Assembly: GCA_964633415.1 (NCBI GenBank)
Contig: CAZWFY010000009.1
Location: 7,389-71,388, forward strand
DNA: 64,000 nucleotides
Reading direction: 5' to 3'
Source: an uncultured Clostridia bacterium
Lineage (GTDB): Bacteria; Acidobacteriota; Aminicenantia; UBA2199
A program made the position numbers and the translations under genes. Of this stretch, positions 39,810 through 51,100 are shown piece by piece. The notes beneath the pieces were generated by a model, which saw only the letters and a list, made by a program, of their open reading frames with translations, was not told where the DNA came from and made no database searches. The number at the start of each line of letters is the position of its first letter. The first letter of the stretch is position 1.

Positions 39810-40718
39810 TTACCTTTTGAAAAATTCAAAGGGAAAATCATTATTGATCTGTAGGAGAGATTCAATATTCCCCTTTATATCTCCGTCCATAAGAACAATA
39901 AGATCATCTATTCCCATATAAGAATTTTTTTTTACATCTTTAATCCCGAGAAGAAACTCCATTTTTCTCGTTATCTTAATTTTTTCCGATCTTTTGGAAA
40001 AATCACTTAACATAGAATTACATTCATCAATGTAGGTAAAATTTTTCATTAGAATATTCATTATACCAATTTTTTCATTTTCTTGGAAATCTTCGGAAAT
40101 ATTTGAATAATCAACAATAAACCTACCCTTATTTAGAAAAAATATTCTGTTTAATGCTTTTTCTCCGGTAAACTTTCCGAATTTACAGGAGATAATAAAA
40201 CCATTTTTAACAATTAACTCAGCTGCCATATCCGGAAACTTTATTTTAGCGGATTTGCTACCCAGTTCCGCACTCTGAAGCAGATCTGCCAAAGGAAACT
40301 TTTCAAGATTTCCAGTTAAAAGCTCATCATTTATCCTGTTGGTTTTCGATCTCCTTATTGAAGCTTTTATTCTTGCTCTCAATTCAGCTTTATTAACAGG
40401 TTTTATAATATAATCATCCGCACCTATCTCAAACCCTTTAACTTTGACATCGGCACGGTCAACCGAAGTCAGCATTAAGATCGGAATATGAGAATATTTC
40501 GAATCGGATTTTATATCTTTTAATATTTCAATCCCATCCTTTCCAGGCATCATAACATCGAGAAGAATAAGATCCGGAAAAATCTCAGACATCATTTCAA
40601 TTCCCACTTTCCCGTTTTCAGCATTGTATACGATATAACCCGAATCAGACAAATATTCATCAAGAACTGCAACAGTAACTTTATCATCGTCAATTATCAA
40701 TATTTTAAGCTTTTCCAT
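39810..40718 (-). CDS. Response regulator: receiver domain fused to DUF4388 (PATAN-like) domain
   Basis: REC ILIIDDD...DLILLDVMMPGKDG...LTSV. C-terminal LTGNLEKFPLADLLQSAELGSKSAKIKF...GEKAL matches the DUF4388 consensus L.G.L..f.L.DLLQ. Confidence 0.65.
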   Translation of the reverse strand: MEKLKILIIDDDKVTVAVLDEYLSDSGYIVYNAENGKVGIEMMSEIFPDLILLDVMMPGKDGIEILKDIKSDSKYSHIPILMLTSVDRADVKVKGFEIGADDYIIKPVNKAELRARIKASIRRSKTNRINDELLTGNLEKFPLADLLQSAELGSKSAKIKFPDMAAELIVKNGFIISCKFGKFTGEKALNRIFFLNKGRFIVDYSNISEDFQENEKIGIMNILMKNFTYIDECNSMLSDFSKRSEKIKITRKMEFLLGIKDVKKNSYMGIDDLIVLMDGDIKGNIESLLQINNDFPFEFFKR

Positions 40719-40735
40719 TTGAATTTCGATTAATT

Positions 40736-41485
40736 CTATCCTTTAAAATCAAGATTTTCATCAAGCAGAGATACTCCGCACTTAAGATTTTCCAACCAAA
40801 TAAAGAACTTTTCAATATTTTCCTTTCCCGGCAATACCGCACCATGCTGAGGTGCAATCTGTTCTATATCAAGTTTTCTAACCATATTCACCCATTTTTT
40901 CAATATTTCATTTCCGGGAATAAATCTCTTATGAAAAATTTCCATATATTTTATATGTTCATCAAAATTTTCAACTCTATTATAATTCTGACCGAATGAA
41001 GCACCGAGATCTCCTGAAAAAAGTATCTTCGATTCAGGATCATATATTTGAAAATTAGCAGCAGAATGCATAAAGTGTGCAGGAATAACACTTAAATTCC
41101 TTTCTCCGACCTTTATTTCCATACCATCATCGGGAATAGGATTGATCCTTTTTGAAATATAATCATCAATCCCGAAATGCATGACAAATCTTGTCCAGTG
41201 TTCCGAAAGATATGCTTTGGCTTCGGTCAGCATCAGCCATGCATTACCGGAAGCAACAATATCCGGATCCTGATGTGAAAAAAATATATGTTTTAATTTT
41301 GAAACACTTACAACTTCCGCTATCTCCTTTATAAGCGATGAAAAAACTTTATGACCTCCGGGGTCAAGGATCATCGCCTCATCACCATCCACAATCACAA
41401 ATTGTGTCGCCTGAATCATACCTCCAACGGCAAGATCATCAAACATAACGCATTTATGTTCATTGTTTTGATAAAGTATTTCCAT
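40736..41485 (-). CDS. MBL-fold / flavodiiron-like di-iron domain protein (ODP-type candidate sensor)
   Basis: FFSHQDPDIVASG lies at the position of the MBL HxHxDH motif. Downstream His/Asp ligands (PAHFMHSA, SGDLG, PQHGAV) are spaced as in the FprA N-domain or ODP. Confidence 0.45.
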   Translation of the reverse strand: MEILYQNNEHKCVMFDDLAVGGMIQATQFVIVDGDEAMILDPGGHKVFSSLIKEIAEVVSVSKLKHIFFSHQDPDIVASGNAWLMLTEAKAYLSEHWTRFVMHFGIDDYISKRINPIPDDGMEIKVGERNLSVIPAHFMHSAANFQIYDPESKILFSGDLGASFGQNYNRVENFDEHIKYMEIFHKRFIPGNEILKKWVNMVRKLDIEQIAPQHGAVLPGKENIEKFFIWLENLKCGVSLLDENLDFKG

Positions 41486-41497
41486 GATATTCCCCTT

Positions 41498-41872
41498 TTA
41501 AAGAACAGAAAGAACCTTGGCGATCTCTTCGGAGGCTCTTGACATTCCAAGGAAGACAAGTCCCAATTTAGCTTCCGGTCTTGCCAGTGCAAGAAGAACC
41601 GAATGAGGTCCGGCTTCAGTAATAACAACATATCCGTTTTCTCCCTTAATGAAAAGCTGATTTATTTTTCCTCTTTTTAACTCTTCAGCAGCTTTTGCTC
41701 CCATATTTAAGATAGCTGCACTCATTGCAGCAACTTGAGTCTCCTCCGTTCCCTGAGGAAGTATATTTGCGATCATTAATCCGTCTTCGGAAATTATTGC
41801 ACTGGCTTCAAAATCGGTAGTACTCGACTGAAGTTTGATCAAAATATTATTTAATTCTTCCGGCTTTGACAT
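41498..41872 (-). CDS. Roadblock/LC7 (MglB-like) domain protein
   Basis: ASAIISEDGLMIANI...QLFIKGENGYVVITEAG...LALARPEAKLGLV is the canonical Roadblock pattern. 124 aa. Confidence 0.7.
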   Translation of the reverse strand: MSKPEELNNILIKLQSSTTDFEASAIISEDGLMIANILPQGTEETQVAAMSAAILNMGAKAAEELKRGKINQLFIKGENGYVVITEAGPHSVLLALARPEAKLGLVFLGMSRASEEIAKVLSVL

Positions 41873-42041
41873 CTTTCCTCCTCTTGATCTAAAAACTTTA
41901 ATTTAATTAAACTTTGTATTGATTACAATTGCAAGCTTCTAATTATTTATTTTAACAATAAAAGTCTGAAATGTCAAAAGTCCGTACATCAGCAAGTAGA
42001 TTGGTCTTGACCATATAATACCTAAGAATTATAATGGTTTT

Positions 42042-42518
42042 ATGAAAGATGAAATTACGGACTTTTTAAATTCTGCAATAAAAGAAGCAGAAATAGGGAT
42101 TAATTCGGGAGATGGTGGTCCGTTCGGAGCAATAATAGTTAAGGACGGTGTAATCATCTCTTCAGCTCATAACGAGGTGATTAGCAGCAATGACCCCACC
42201 GCCCATGCTGAAATTCTTGCTATCAGAAGAGCTTCCGAAAAGCTATGTAGATTTGATCTGTCGGATTGTGAGATTTATTCAACATGCGAACCATGCCCAA
42301 TGTGTTTTTCAGCAATTCACTGGGCGAAAATCAAAAAGCTCTATTACGGATGTACAAACCAGGATGCTGCAAAGATAGGTTTTGATGATAAATTTATTTA
42401 TGATGTTATAAAGGGCGACAGTATAGATTCAAGATTAAAATCAATCCAGATTAACAGGGATAAATGTCTTCCCCTTTTCAAATTATGGGATAACAAAACC
42501 GACAAGACACCTTACTGA
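42042..42518 (+). CDS. CDA-fold deaminase, guanine deaminase (B. subtilis GuaD)-like
   Basis: PTAHAEILAIR and CEPCPMCFSAIHWAKIKKLYYG zinc site. The strong similarity to B. subtilis GuaD is recalled from memory. TadA is the alternative. Confidence 0.65.
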   Translation: MKDEITDFLNSAIKEAEIGINSGDGGPFGAIIVKDGVIISSAHNEVISSNDPTAHAEILAIRRASEKLCRFDLSDCEIYSTCEPCPMCFSAIHWAKIKKLYYGCTNQDAAKIGFDDKFIYDVIKGDSIDSRLKSIQINRDKCLPLFKLWDNKTDKTPY

Positions 42519-42663
42519 CAATCAGGTTATTATATTAATTATCAGTGATATTTTTTAAAAGAATATTGGATTGGAAAGACAGTATGTAAATATATACATT
42601 CAGTGATTTTTAATGTCAATATATTTTTAAAAATTAACGGATATCCTTTCTCAGTTCGTTACT

Positions 42664-42692
42664 TGACAGAAATAATGCTAAGCCTTAGAATG
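42664..42692 (+). promoter_or_regulatory. Putative sigma70 promoter TTGACA, 17 nt spacer, TAGAAT upstream of tatA
   Basis: Consensus -35 with near-consensus -10, followed by AAGGAG RBS and ATG at 42710. Coordinates may be off by 1. Confidence 0.35.
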
Positions 42693-42709
42693 ATACAAAA
42701 GGAGATAAA

Positions 42710-42901
42710 ATGATTGGAAGTCTCGGAATTTGGGAAATTTTATTAATTTTTGTTGTTATTGCACTACTTTTTGGCGGAAAGAAACTTCCTGAACTCGGCA
42801 AGGGGCTTGGAGACGGAATAAAAAACTTTAAAAATTCATTAAAGAAAGACACTGATGAAGATAAAGAGGAAAAACAGACCGAGAATGAGAAGGATAATTG
42901 A
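42710..42901 (+). CDS. tatA: Twin-arginine translocase subunit TatA/E
   Basis: [41 protein letters not shown] is a TM helix plus amphipathic helix typical of TatA. Confidence 0.85.
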   Translation: MIGSLGIWEILLIFVVIALLFGGKKLPELGKGLGDGIKNFKNSLKKDTDEDKEEKQTENEKDN

Positions 42902-43952
42902 AGAGGCAATAGAGAAGAGAAAGAAAAAACAGCTTGAGATTGAAAATATATTAAAAGATATCGGAGAGTCTATTGGAAAGTCTTCTTTTTTTAAAAGCAG
43001 AAAACGCCGTTTACAAAATCTTTTTTCAAAATTCTCCGAATCCCTTTTTGAATTGATAACCGCTCAGGATAGGGAGTGGGATGAACTCTCTAACAACCAT
43101 TATTCATCAATTTTTAATTCGCTCAGTTCTCAAATTGAAGATCTCTCGGCAAAATTTTCAAACTTTAAAACAGTTACCGGAAATTTTATTGACCTTGAGA
43201 ACAGGCTCGGAGAGTTGATAAAAAAAATTCCCGCCGATACCGGTGTTAAAGAGAAAAACGAATTAAAAAAAATTAAGGATGAGATATCTCCGGTTCAATA
43301 TTCGGATTTTGAAAAGAGATTCAGAGGAAATTCCGAAAAGATCTACGAGAGACAGGAAAAGTATATACAATATTTCAAAGGACAGCAGAATATACTCGAT
43401 ATAGGATGCGGAAGAGGAGAGTTTATCCAACTGCTTTCTGAAAATAATATTGATGCCGAAGGTATTGATATTTCTTCATCAATGCTTAAAGAGGCTAAGG
43501 GAAAAGGTCTGAAATGTAGTGAAGAAGATGCGCTTCAATTTTTAAAGAATAGAAAAGAGAATTCATTGGGAGGAATATTTTCAGCTCAAGTTATTGAACA
43601 CTTCCCTTCAAACTATCTGATTGAGATAGTTGCGGAATCACACAGGGTTTTAAGGAAAGGCGGAATAATTATTTTTGAAACACTTAATCCTCTTTCGCTT
43701 TTTGCTCTTACAAACATCTATTTTCTTGATATAACACATCAAAAACCGCTTCATCCGGAATTTATGAGATATCTCTTTAAGGCATATAATTTTTCAAACG
43801 TTGATATACTCTATTCGGAACCTCTGGATAAACACTACTTAGAGGAAATTCCGGTAGGAAACGGGATTGCGAAACAATTTAACTCAAATGTTGATAAACT
43901 TAATAAAATTCTGTTTTCCTCACCCGATTATGCTATTATCGGGGAAAAATAA
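42885..43952 (+). CDS. Coiled-coil protein with C-terminal class I SAM-dependent methyltransferase domain
   Basis: [15 protein letters not shown] motif I and IIFETLNP. N-terminal ~170 aa predicted coiled coil. Start uncertain; the chosen ATG overlaps tatA by 17 nt. Confidence 0.55.
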   Translation: MRRIIEEAIEKRKKKQLEIENILKDIGESIGKSSFFKSRKRRLQNLFSKFSESLFELITAQDREWDELSNNHYSSIFNSLSSQIEDLSAKFSNFKTVTGNFIDLENRLGELIKKIPADTGVKEKNELKKIKDEISPVQYSDFEKRFRGNSEKIYERQEKYIQYFKGQQNILDIGCGRGEFIQLLSENNIDAEGIDISSSMLKEAKGKGLKCSEEDALQFLKNRKENSLGGIFSAQVIEHFPSNYLIEIVAESHRVLRKGGIIIFETLNPLSLFALTNIYFLDITHQKPLHPEFMRYLFKAYNFSNVDILYSEPLDKHYLEEIPVGNGIAKQFNSNVDKLNKILFSSPDYAIIGEK

Positions 43953-45745
43953 TGAAGAATATAAGAAACTTTTCTATTATTGCCCATATTGACCATGGGA
44001 AGACAACTCTCTCAGATAGAATACTCGAGATCACAAATGCTGTCTCAAAAAGAGATATGCAGGAACAGATACTTGATTCTATGGAACTTGAAAGAGAAAG
44101 AGGTATTACAATAAAATCTCACTTTGTACGACTTGAATATACATATAAAAACAGAGAAAAATATCTCCTTAATCTTATCGACACTCCCGGACATATTGAT
44201 TTTAACTATGAGGTATCACGTTCACTCTCCGCATGCGAAGGAGCGGTTCTTGTAATTGACTCAACGCAGGGAGTTGAAGCTCAAACCGTTGCGAATACTT
44301 ATCTCGCCGTTGAAAATGACCTTTCTTTAATTCCGGTTATGAATAAAATTGATCTTCCCAATAATGAACTTGAAAAATCTCTTGATCAGATGGAAAGTAT
44401 TATCGGTCTTTCCCGGGATGAATCACTTAACGTCAGTGCAAAAACCGGAGAAGGTGTAAAAGAGATTCTCGATGCAATCATAGAGAGGATCCCCCCTCCG
44501 GAGGGAGATAAATCGAAACCACTTCGTGCTCTTATTTTTGATTCATGGTTTGACCCCTACAGAGGTGTCATAATACTGGTAAGAATTATTGACGGAGAAC
44601 TGAAAAAAGGAGAAAAAATAAAATTCCTTTCAAACGGAGCGGTTTATGAAATAAATGAGCTTGGCGTTCATACTCCCAAGATTGAACCTCTTAAACAACT
44701 TTCGGCAGGAGAGGTCGGATATCTTATAGGAAGTATAAAGAAAATTTCCGAAGTAAAGGTCGGTGATACAATTACTTTGGCAAAGGAGGAGAACATAAAA
44801 CCTCTTCCGGGTTTTAAAGAACCACAGCCTATGGTATTTGCCGGATTTTATCCGGGAGAAGGATCCAGCCATGAAGAGCTCAGAGAAGCAATAGAAAAAC
44901 TCATACTAAATGACTCATCATTAAAATTCGAACCTGAGAATTCTCCTGCCCTCGGCATCGGGTTCAGATGCGGATTTCTCGGACTTCTGCATAAAGAGAT
45001 CATTCAGGAAAGATTGGAAAGAGAATATAATTTATCTATAGTTACAACAGCTCCTTCCGTCAGATATAGAGTGACGACAACAAAGGGAGAGATCTTTGAG
45101 ATCGAATCACCGGCAGACCTCCCCCCTCCTCAACATCTGGCAAAAATAGAAGAACCCTATATTGAAGCAATTATAATAACACCTGATTCATATCTCGGAA
45201 ATATAATGAAACTTCTTCAAAATCGGAGAGGTATTCATAAAAAAATGGACTACATAAGTTCAAAAAGAGTTCATCTGACATATGAACTCCCTCTTGCAGA
45301 AGTTTTATACGATTTTTTCAATAAAATAAAATCGATTTCCCAAGGATATGCATCCTTTGATTATGAACTTCTGGATTACAGAGAATCTCCTCTGATAAAG
45401 CTTGATATTTTGATCAATCAGATGCCTGTCGATGCACTTGCATTAATTGTTCATAAAGACAAAGCTTTTACATACGGGAACCTATTGACATCAAAGATGA
45501 AAAAATCGATTCCAAAACAACTTTTTGAAGTAGTTATTCAAGCTGCAATAAATAAACGAGTAATTGCCAAAACAGTAGTAAAAGCATTGAGAAAAAATGT
45601 TCTTGCAAAATGTTACGGCGGCGATATTTCAAGAAAAATGAAACTTCTTGAAAAACAGAAGAAAGGAAAGAAGAGGATGAAAAGAATAGGAAAAGTAGAT
45701 ATTCCTCAGGAAGCTTTTCTTGCAGCTCTTGAATTGGAAGACTGA
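43952..45745 (+). CDS. lepA: Elongation factor 4 (LepA)
   Basis: [26 protein letters not shown] and NKIDLP GTPase motifs plus the LepA-specific C-terminus. Confidence 0.95.
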   Translation: MKNIRNFSIIAHIDHGKTTLSDRILEITNAVSKRDMQEQILDSMELERERGITIKSHFVRLEYTYKNREKYLLNLIDTPGHIDFNYEVSRSLSACEGAVLVIDSTQGVEAQTVANTYLAVENDLSLIPVMNKIDLPNNELEKSLDQMESIIGLSRDESLNVSAKTGEGVKEILDAIIERIPPPEGDKSKPLRALIFDSWFDPYRGVIILVRIIDGELKKGEKIKFLSNGAVYEINELGVHTPKIEPLKQLSAGEVGYLIGSIKKISEVKVGDTITLAKEENIKPLPGFKEPQPMVFAGFYPGEGSSHEELREAIEKLILNDSSLKFEPENSPALGIGFRCGFLGLLHKEIIQERLEREYNLSIVTTAPSVRYRVTTTKGEIFEIESPADLPPPQHLAKIEEPYIEAIIITPDSYLGNIMKLLQNRRGIHKKMDYISSKRVHLTYELPLAEVLYDFFNKIKSISQGYASFDYELLDYRESPLIKLDILINQMPVDALALIVHKDKAFTYGNLLTSKMKKSIPKQLFEVVIQAAINKRVIAKTVVKALRKNVLAKCYGGDISRKMKLLEKQKKGKKRMKRIGKVDIPQEAFLAALELED

Positions 45746-45776
45746 TTGGTAAAATAGATTTTAAGGAGAATAGTAA

Positions 45777-47156
45777 ATGGAAAACAGTATTGAAAAAAAT
45801 AAATTTCCCGGAAGTTTCTGGACGGCAAATTTAACCGAACTATTTGAAAGAGGTGCCTATTATGCGATGGCAAGCTTTGTTGTCCTATACCTCGGACAGT
45901 TGGGTCTGGGTGACTATTGGCCAAGTACTTTGAACGGAGTTCTATGGACTCTTGTATATTTTCTTCCCATTCTGTCGGGAACAATTGCGGACAGGGTCGG
46001 GTTTAAAAAATCCCTTCTATTTGCTTTTATTCTGCTTACCGCAGGATATATGTTGATGGGCTATCCGGTATGGTTTGGAGGAAATGTTTTAAGCCATACA
46101 GTAGAAAGTACCGTAACGGCGGGTTTAAGTGTAACAATCCCGATATTTTTTGCGATTCTCCTGATAGGTATGGGTGGATCCATTATAAAACCATGTATAT
46201 CGGGAACAGTACAAAAAACATCGGGGAAAAGAGCAACACTTGCATTTGCAATATTCTATATGGTTATCAATATAGGTTCACTTTTAGGAAGAGCTATAAG
46301 CTATTTTACCAGAACCGGGTTTGACAATCTCAGTCTTATATTTGCCGTTTCCGTTATAAGTTCAATCATTGCATTTTTCGTTGTTCTTTTTTTCTATACT
46401 GATATTGATAAATCGGAAAGAGTAAAACGTGTTATGAAAGAAGCCAAATCGGTAAAAAGAATTCTGCTCGATATGGTTCTGGTTCTTAAAAACAAACGAT
46501 TCGCTCTTTTTTTAATAGTTTCAAGCGGATTCTTTTTTATCTACTCACAAGTATACAATGTTATCCCGCTCTATCTGAAGAAAGTTGTTGAACTGGATCC
46601 CGCAGTCGATATAATTACCATGGCAAATCCGTTTGTTATTGTTTTTTTCCAATTACTGATCACAAAAAAATTCGGAAAAATGAAACCTATAAATTCAATA
46701 ATTGTAGGAATTATTATAATAGGTATAGCAATGATCATAAATCTTGTTCCGATATTTCTGGCAGGAGGCGTCAGCAAAATGGTACTTGGAGATTTTATTC
46801 CAATCGGATCTCTGTTTGCGGTTCTGACCGTTGCTATGATCGCTTTCGGTGAACTTTTTACATCAGCAAGAACATATGAATACATCGGAGCATTGGCTCC
46901 CAAAGGGCAGGAGGGTCTGTTTCTCGGATATGCAAATCTCCCGGTGGCTATCGGGGCTCTGGTAGGCGGACCGGCAGGTGCATTTATTTTTAATGAAATA
47001 ATGTGCAGACATTCGGAGAAATTGCAGACAGGACTTCTCAAGCTTAATCCGTTCTGGAACTCTTTAGGATGGATAATCCTTATGGCTGTAGGTCTGTTCT
47101 CAGCTCTCTCAATGTGGCTCTATAACAGATGGTTAAACAATAATCCCGTAAAATAG
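45777..47156 (+). CDS. MFS transporter, proton-dependent oligopeptide (POT/PTR2)-like
   Basis: TELFERGAYYAMASF resembles the POT ExxERFxYYG motif. 12-14 TM helices. Confidence 0.65.
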   Translation: MENSIEKNKFPGSFWTANLTELFERGAYYAMASFVVLYLGQLGLGDYWPSTLNGVLWTLVYFLPILSGTIADRVGFKKSLLFAFILLTAGYMLMGYPVWFGGNVLSHTVESTVTAGLSVTIPIFFAILLIGMGGSIIKPCISGTVQKTSGKRATLAFAIFYMVINIGSLLGRAISYFTRTGFDNLSLIFAVSVISSIIAFFVVLFFYTDIDKSERVKRVMKEAKSVKRILLDMVLVLKNKRFALFLIVSSGFFFIYSQVYNVIPLYLKKVVELDPAVDIITMANPFVIVFFQLLITKKFGKMKPINSIIVGIIIIGIAMIINLVPIFLAGGVSKMVLGDFIPIGSLFAVLTVAMIAFGELFTSARTYEYIGALAPKGQEGLFLGYANLPVAIGALVGGPAGAFIFNEIMCRHSEKLQTGLLKLNPFWNSLGWIILMAVGLFSALSMWLYNRWLNNNPVK

Positions 47157-47179
47157 ATAGATACAATTTTTCAGATATC

Positions 47180-47986
47180 TTAAGCTGAATTATCTCTGAT
47201 ATTATCAAGTATCTCCGAAGCTATCTCTTCAATCGGTTTATTCGTAACTTTGATGATCTTACAATTTTTTATTCTATTAAAAATAGAATGGGCAAAATTC
47301 AATTCACTCTGTACATACATTCTATCCGCATAATTTCCGGTCCCTCCGCCAAGATGTTTATCTCTGACACTTCTTAATATAGAGAGAGCACCCGCTGATG
47401 TATCAAGCCCGAAAATACTTTTATCAGCAACTTCAAACAGAATATCCGGAGGTTCCATTCCTTCAATAATAGGAACATTAGCAACCATCCAGCCTTTAAA
47501 TGCAAAATAAATGCTCAAAGGGGTCTTGAATGTTCTTGAAACTCCGACAAGAATAAGTTCGGCTTTATCAAGTTCTTCTATCCTCTGTCCGTCATCATGT
47601 CGGAATGCAAATTCCATTGCTTCGATTCTTTGGAAATAAGATTTATTTAATTTCCGGAACAATCCCGGAACTTCGCTCGGAGTTGCAGAGAGACGCTCTG
47701 CAAGCTGAGCAAGAAGAGGTCCCATGAGATCAATCGTAACCACTTCATTTAACATTCCGAATTCAAGTATTTTATTTCTTAATCTTTCGGAAACAATGGT
47801 ATGAACAACAAAACCGTTAACCCTTCTGGCTCTTTTTATGATTTTTTCAATTCTATTCTCACTCCTCACTTTGGAATTAATTATCAACTCAACTTCGTCT
47901 GTTCCGAACTGAGCAATTGCAGATTTTAATGCACCTTCGGCCGTCCTTCCTGTTCCATCCGAAATAATGAATATCTGTTGTTTCAT
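47180..47986 (-). CDS. Pyruvate,phosphate dikinase / PEP synthase regulatory protein (kinase-pyrophosphorylase, DUF299)
   Basis: IFIISDGTGRTAE and ILVGVSRTFKTPLSIY P-loop are characteristic of PpsR/YdiA. Confidence 0.8.
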   Translation of the reverse strand: MKQQIFIISDGTGRTAEGALKSAIAQFGTDEVELIINSKVRSENRIEKIIKRARRVNGFVVHTIVSERLRNKILEFGMLNEVVTIDLMGPLLAQLAERLSATPSEVPGLFRKLNKSYFQRIEAMEFAFRHDDGQRIEELDKAELILVGVSRTFKTPLSIYFAFKGWMVANVPIIEGMEPPDILFEVADKSIFGLDTSAGALSILRSVRDKHLGGGTGNYADRMYVQSELNFAHSIFNRIKNCKIIKVTNKPIEEIASEILDNIRDNSA

Positions 47987-48062
47987 AATACTATATTCTA
48001 CTTAAATCCTTTTAAGTATTAAAGTATATTAGAAGCTTTTTAATCCGAGGTATAATTTTGAT

Positions 48063-48100
48063 CAAAAAAGTACGAAGGCGGATTAGTTTGAATCCGCCTC
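48063..48100 (-). terminator. Probable intrinsic terminator of the tricorn-like gene (9-bp stem ggcggatt.../...aatccgcc, T-run a few nt downstream on the minus strand)
   Basis: Inverted repeat aggcggatt-agtttg-aatccgcct. On the minus strand it is followed by ttcgtacTTTTTT. Confidence 0.4.
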
Positions 48101-48117
48101 CGTATCATATGATTTTT

Positions 48118-51100
48118 CTATTTCTCTTTTAAAATAACTTCGACCGCTTTTCTTAATTGTTTATCCTTTCCCATAGAAACCGACTCATAATCATTTAAAA
48201 CCCGATAGTCGGGATAAAGCTGTTGGTTCTCAAGATATTTTCCGTCATTTCCGAGCATTCCTACCTGAGGAATCCCGAAATATAAACTTCTATCCTGAAG
48301 TGTTTCCCACCAGACTGCTGTTCCTGTCCCGGGAACAGGCATCCCGACAAGTTTTCCTATTTTTAGTGCTTTATAGGAAAAAGGGAACATATGTGCATCG
48401 GAATAGTTTGACTCACTCATTACAACAACCGATTTTTTTACCCATCTGTTCATCGGTTCTATTCCTATAGCTCTTTTTCTCGGATAAAATGTCATATATT
48501 TTTTTCCAGATAAAAGAATTACCAGATCATTATGAAGCCATCCTCCTCCGTTAAATCTGGTGTCAACGACAATTCCGTCCTTATTGTAATTTCTTCCCAT
48601 TATTTCGGAATAGATCGTTCTGAAACTATGACTATCCATTCCCCTTATATGAACATACCCTATCTTTCCACCGGAAAGTTTCTCAGTCTCATCTCTTCTG
48701 CTTTTCACCCATCTTTCATAGAGAAGATTGTTTAACCTGTGCAAAGAGATTGGTTTTATTTTTTCAGTCCATGACTTACCCGTAGAAGGATCCGTCAGAC
48801 TAACGAGAATATATTTTCCGGATTTTCTGTTGAGAATAGTATAATAATTCAACCCTTTTACAATCGGAATCCCATCGATTTTCTTTATTATAACTCCGTT
48901 TTTCACTTTGGAATCGGCTCTGTCAAAAGGACCTTTTTCAATAACCTCAGCTACTTTCAAACCGGGTCCGTTAAAACCGGTATCAAAAAACAGTCCCATA
49001 CTTGCCGTGGAATCCCCGTTTCTTGATCTTACTCTATACCCTGATCCTGTATGAGATGCATTTAACTCACCAAGCATTTCACTAAGCAATTCTGCGAAAT
49101 CATAGTTGTTATTTATTGACGGAAGAAATTTTTTATAAAATTCTTTATAATATTTCCAGTCAATATTGTGGAGATTCGGATCGTAAAATTTTTCTTTAAC
49201 CTGCCTCCAGACATGCTCAAACATATATTCCCTTTCTCTCTCCGAATTAACCTCCATTTCTGCAGAAACAGACACCGGTTTTTGCATTCCGTTGGTAAGA
49301 TTTACTTTAACGATCCTTGTACCGGCAAGAACAAACACATTCTTTCCTTTCTTGTCAAATACCAAGCCTCTTCCTGCCGATCTGAATTTTGTAACAAGTT
49401 TAACTTTCTTTTCACGTAAAACATTTGACCAGAGAGCAAACCCCTTTTTATATCTACTTATATATACAAGAGTTTTCTCATCAGGACTTAAAGCGGAATC
49501 AACAAGATTGGATGACCTGACGGTTAACTTAACAACTCTGTCTTCTATATTCTTCAGATCTATAGCAATATTTTTTATTTTTTCTTTTTCCTTACTCTTT
49601 TTTTCTTCCTTTTTACTTTTCCCATTCTCTACATCTTTCTTGTTTTTCTTTTCCATCTCCTTTTTCAAAGCATATTCAGCCTTTGACAGAGTGAATTTAT
49701 CAAACGAATCTTTTGTGAAGAACATAGCGTAAACATCAAATTGTGCACCCCAGCTTCCGTGACTCCGCATTCCGTATTTATCCGAAGCCCATATCATAAA
49801 ATCTCCTTTTTTACTCCAGATCGGCATCTCGTCCGCATATCCGCTTTTTGTAAGATTTACAACACTCTTACTACAGGAAGCATCAACAAGTCCGACTTCA
49901 TCGATCCATATTTTTTTGTCCAGATACTGAACCAGCAACCATTTGCTGTCAGGGGACCAGGAAAACCACTGATCTCCGTCACTGTAGGAATAGTTCTTAT
50001 CTCCCGATAACACCGTTCTTACCTTTTTTGATTTAAGATTTATTACTCTCAATGTTGTTCTTGTTTCCAGAAATGCCACCTCTTCCCCGTTTGGACTGTA
50101 AAGTGGCTGGAAGGTATCTTTATCACTCTCAAGTATGGGATAAGTTTTTATTAGAGTTGATGCATAAAAATATGGTTCATCTTTACTCTCTATCTTTGCC
50201 TCATAAAGATTCCAGCTGTTATTTAACTCTCCTGCAAAAAGAAGTTTCCGTCCATCCGGGCTGAAACTTACACTTCTCTCCTGCTCGGGAGTATTTGTTA
50301 TCCTTTTTGTAATTCCATAATCAACCGATGTAACAAAAACCTCACCTCTCGCAATATAAGCAACCTCTTTCCCATTCGGAGAGAGAACATATTGAGTAAT
50401 TCCGGAGGATACATTGATGTGTTTAACAGGATTTGTAGATTCATCAGGATTTATATCAACATTCACTTTTAAAGGATTAACTTCATTTTTTTTCTTTATA
50501 AAAATCTTCCCGTTATATCCGAAACATAGTTCATCATTCTTTGATATTGACAGAAATCTAACAGGATTTTTTGTGAAAAATGTTATCTGTTTCTTTTCAT
50601 TAACATTGTTAAGATTCATCTCCCATACATTAAAGCTCCCCGATTTCTCACTAATAAAGAAGACATTTTCTTGATCACTGCTCCACAAAGGATTTCTGTC
50701 TTCTCCCTTAAATTCAGTAAGTTTTTTATGTTTCTTTGATTTAATGTCATATAACCATATATCTCTTGCAACAGAAGAAACATGATGTTTTCTCCATCTG
50801 TTTTCATACCCTTTCCGGTCGTGATAAAGAATCTTATCTCCGTTTTTATTCATAACCGCATCTATTGCAGGTGAAGTCAAAATCCGGTTCGGTAACCCGC
50901 CCTTTACATTAACACTGTATAGTTCCGGTAATACTCCCGAAGGAAAGAGAACGGATTTAACGGAATCCATTCTTGACGAATAAAAAATAACGTATTCTCC
51001 TTCCGGAGTAAATCCGGTCGGAATATCTCCGGCACTGTGAAAGGTCAACCTTTTTGCTTTTCCTCCATCAATGGAAATATAGAATATATCAAAATTCCCG

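Noticed and set aside
46571-47041. Antisense 156-aa ORF inside the POT transporter gene
   Set aside because: It lies entirely within the confident transporter CDS on the opposite strand.
49557-49662. Low-complexity A/G-rich nucleotide stretch that could look like a repeat array
   Set aside because: It is in frame within the tricorn-like gene and encodes a Lys/Glu-rich linker. It has no spacer-repeat periodicity.
49292-49732. Antisense 146-aa ORF inside the tricorn-like gene
   Set aside because: It lies entirely within the confident tricorn-like CDS on the opposite strand.
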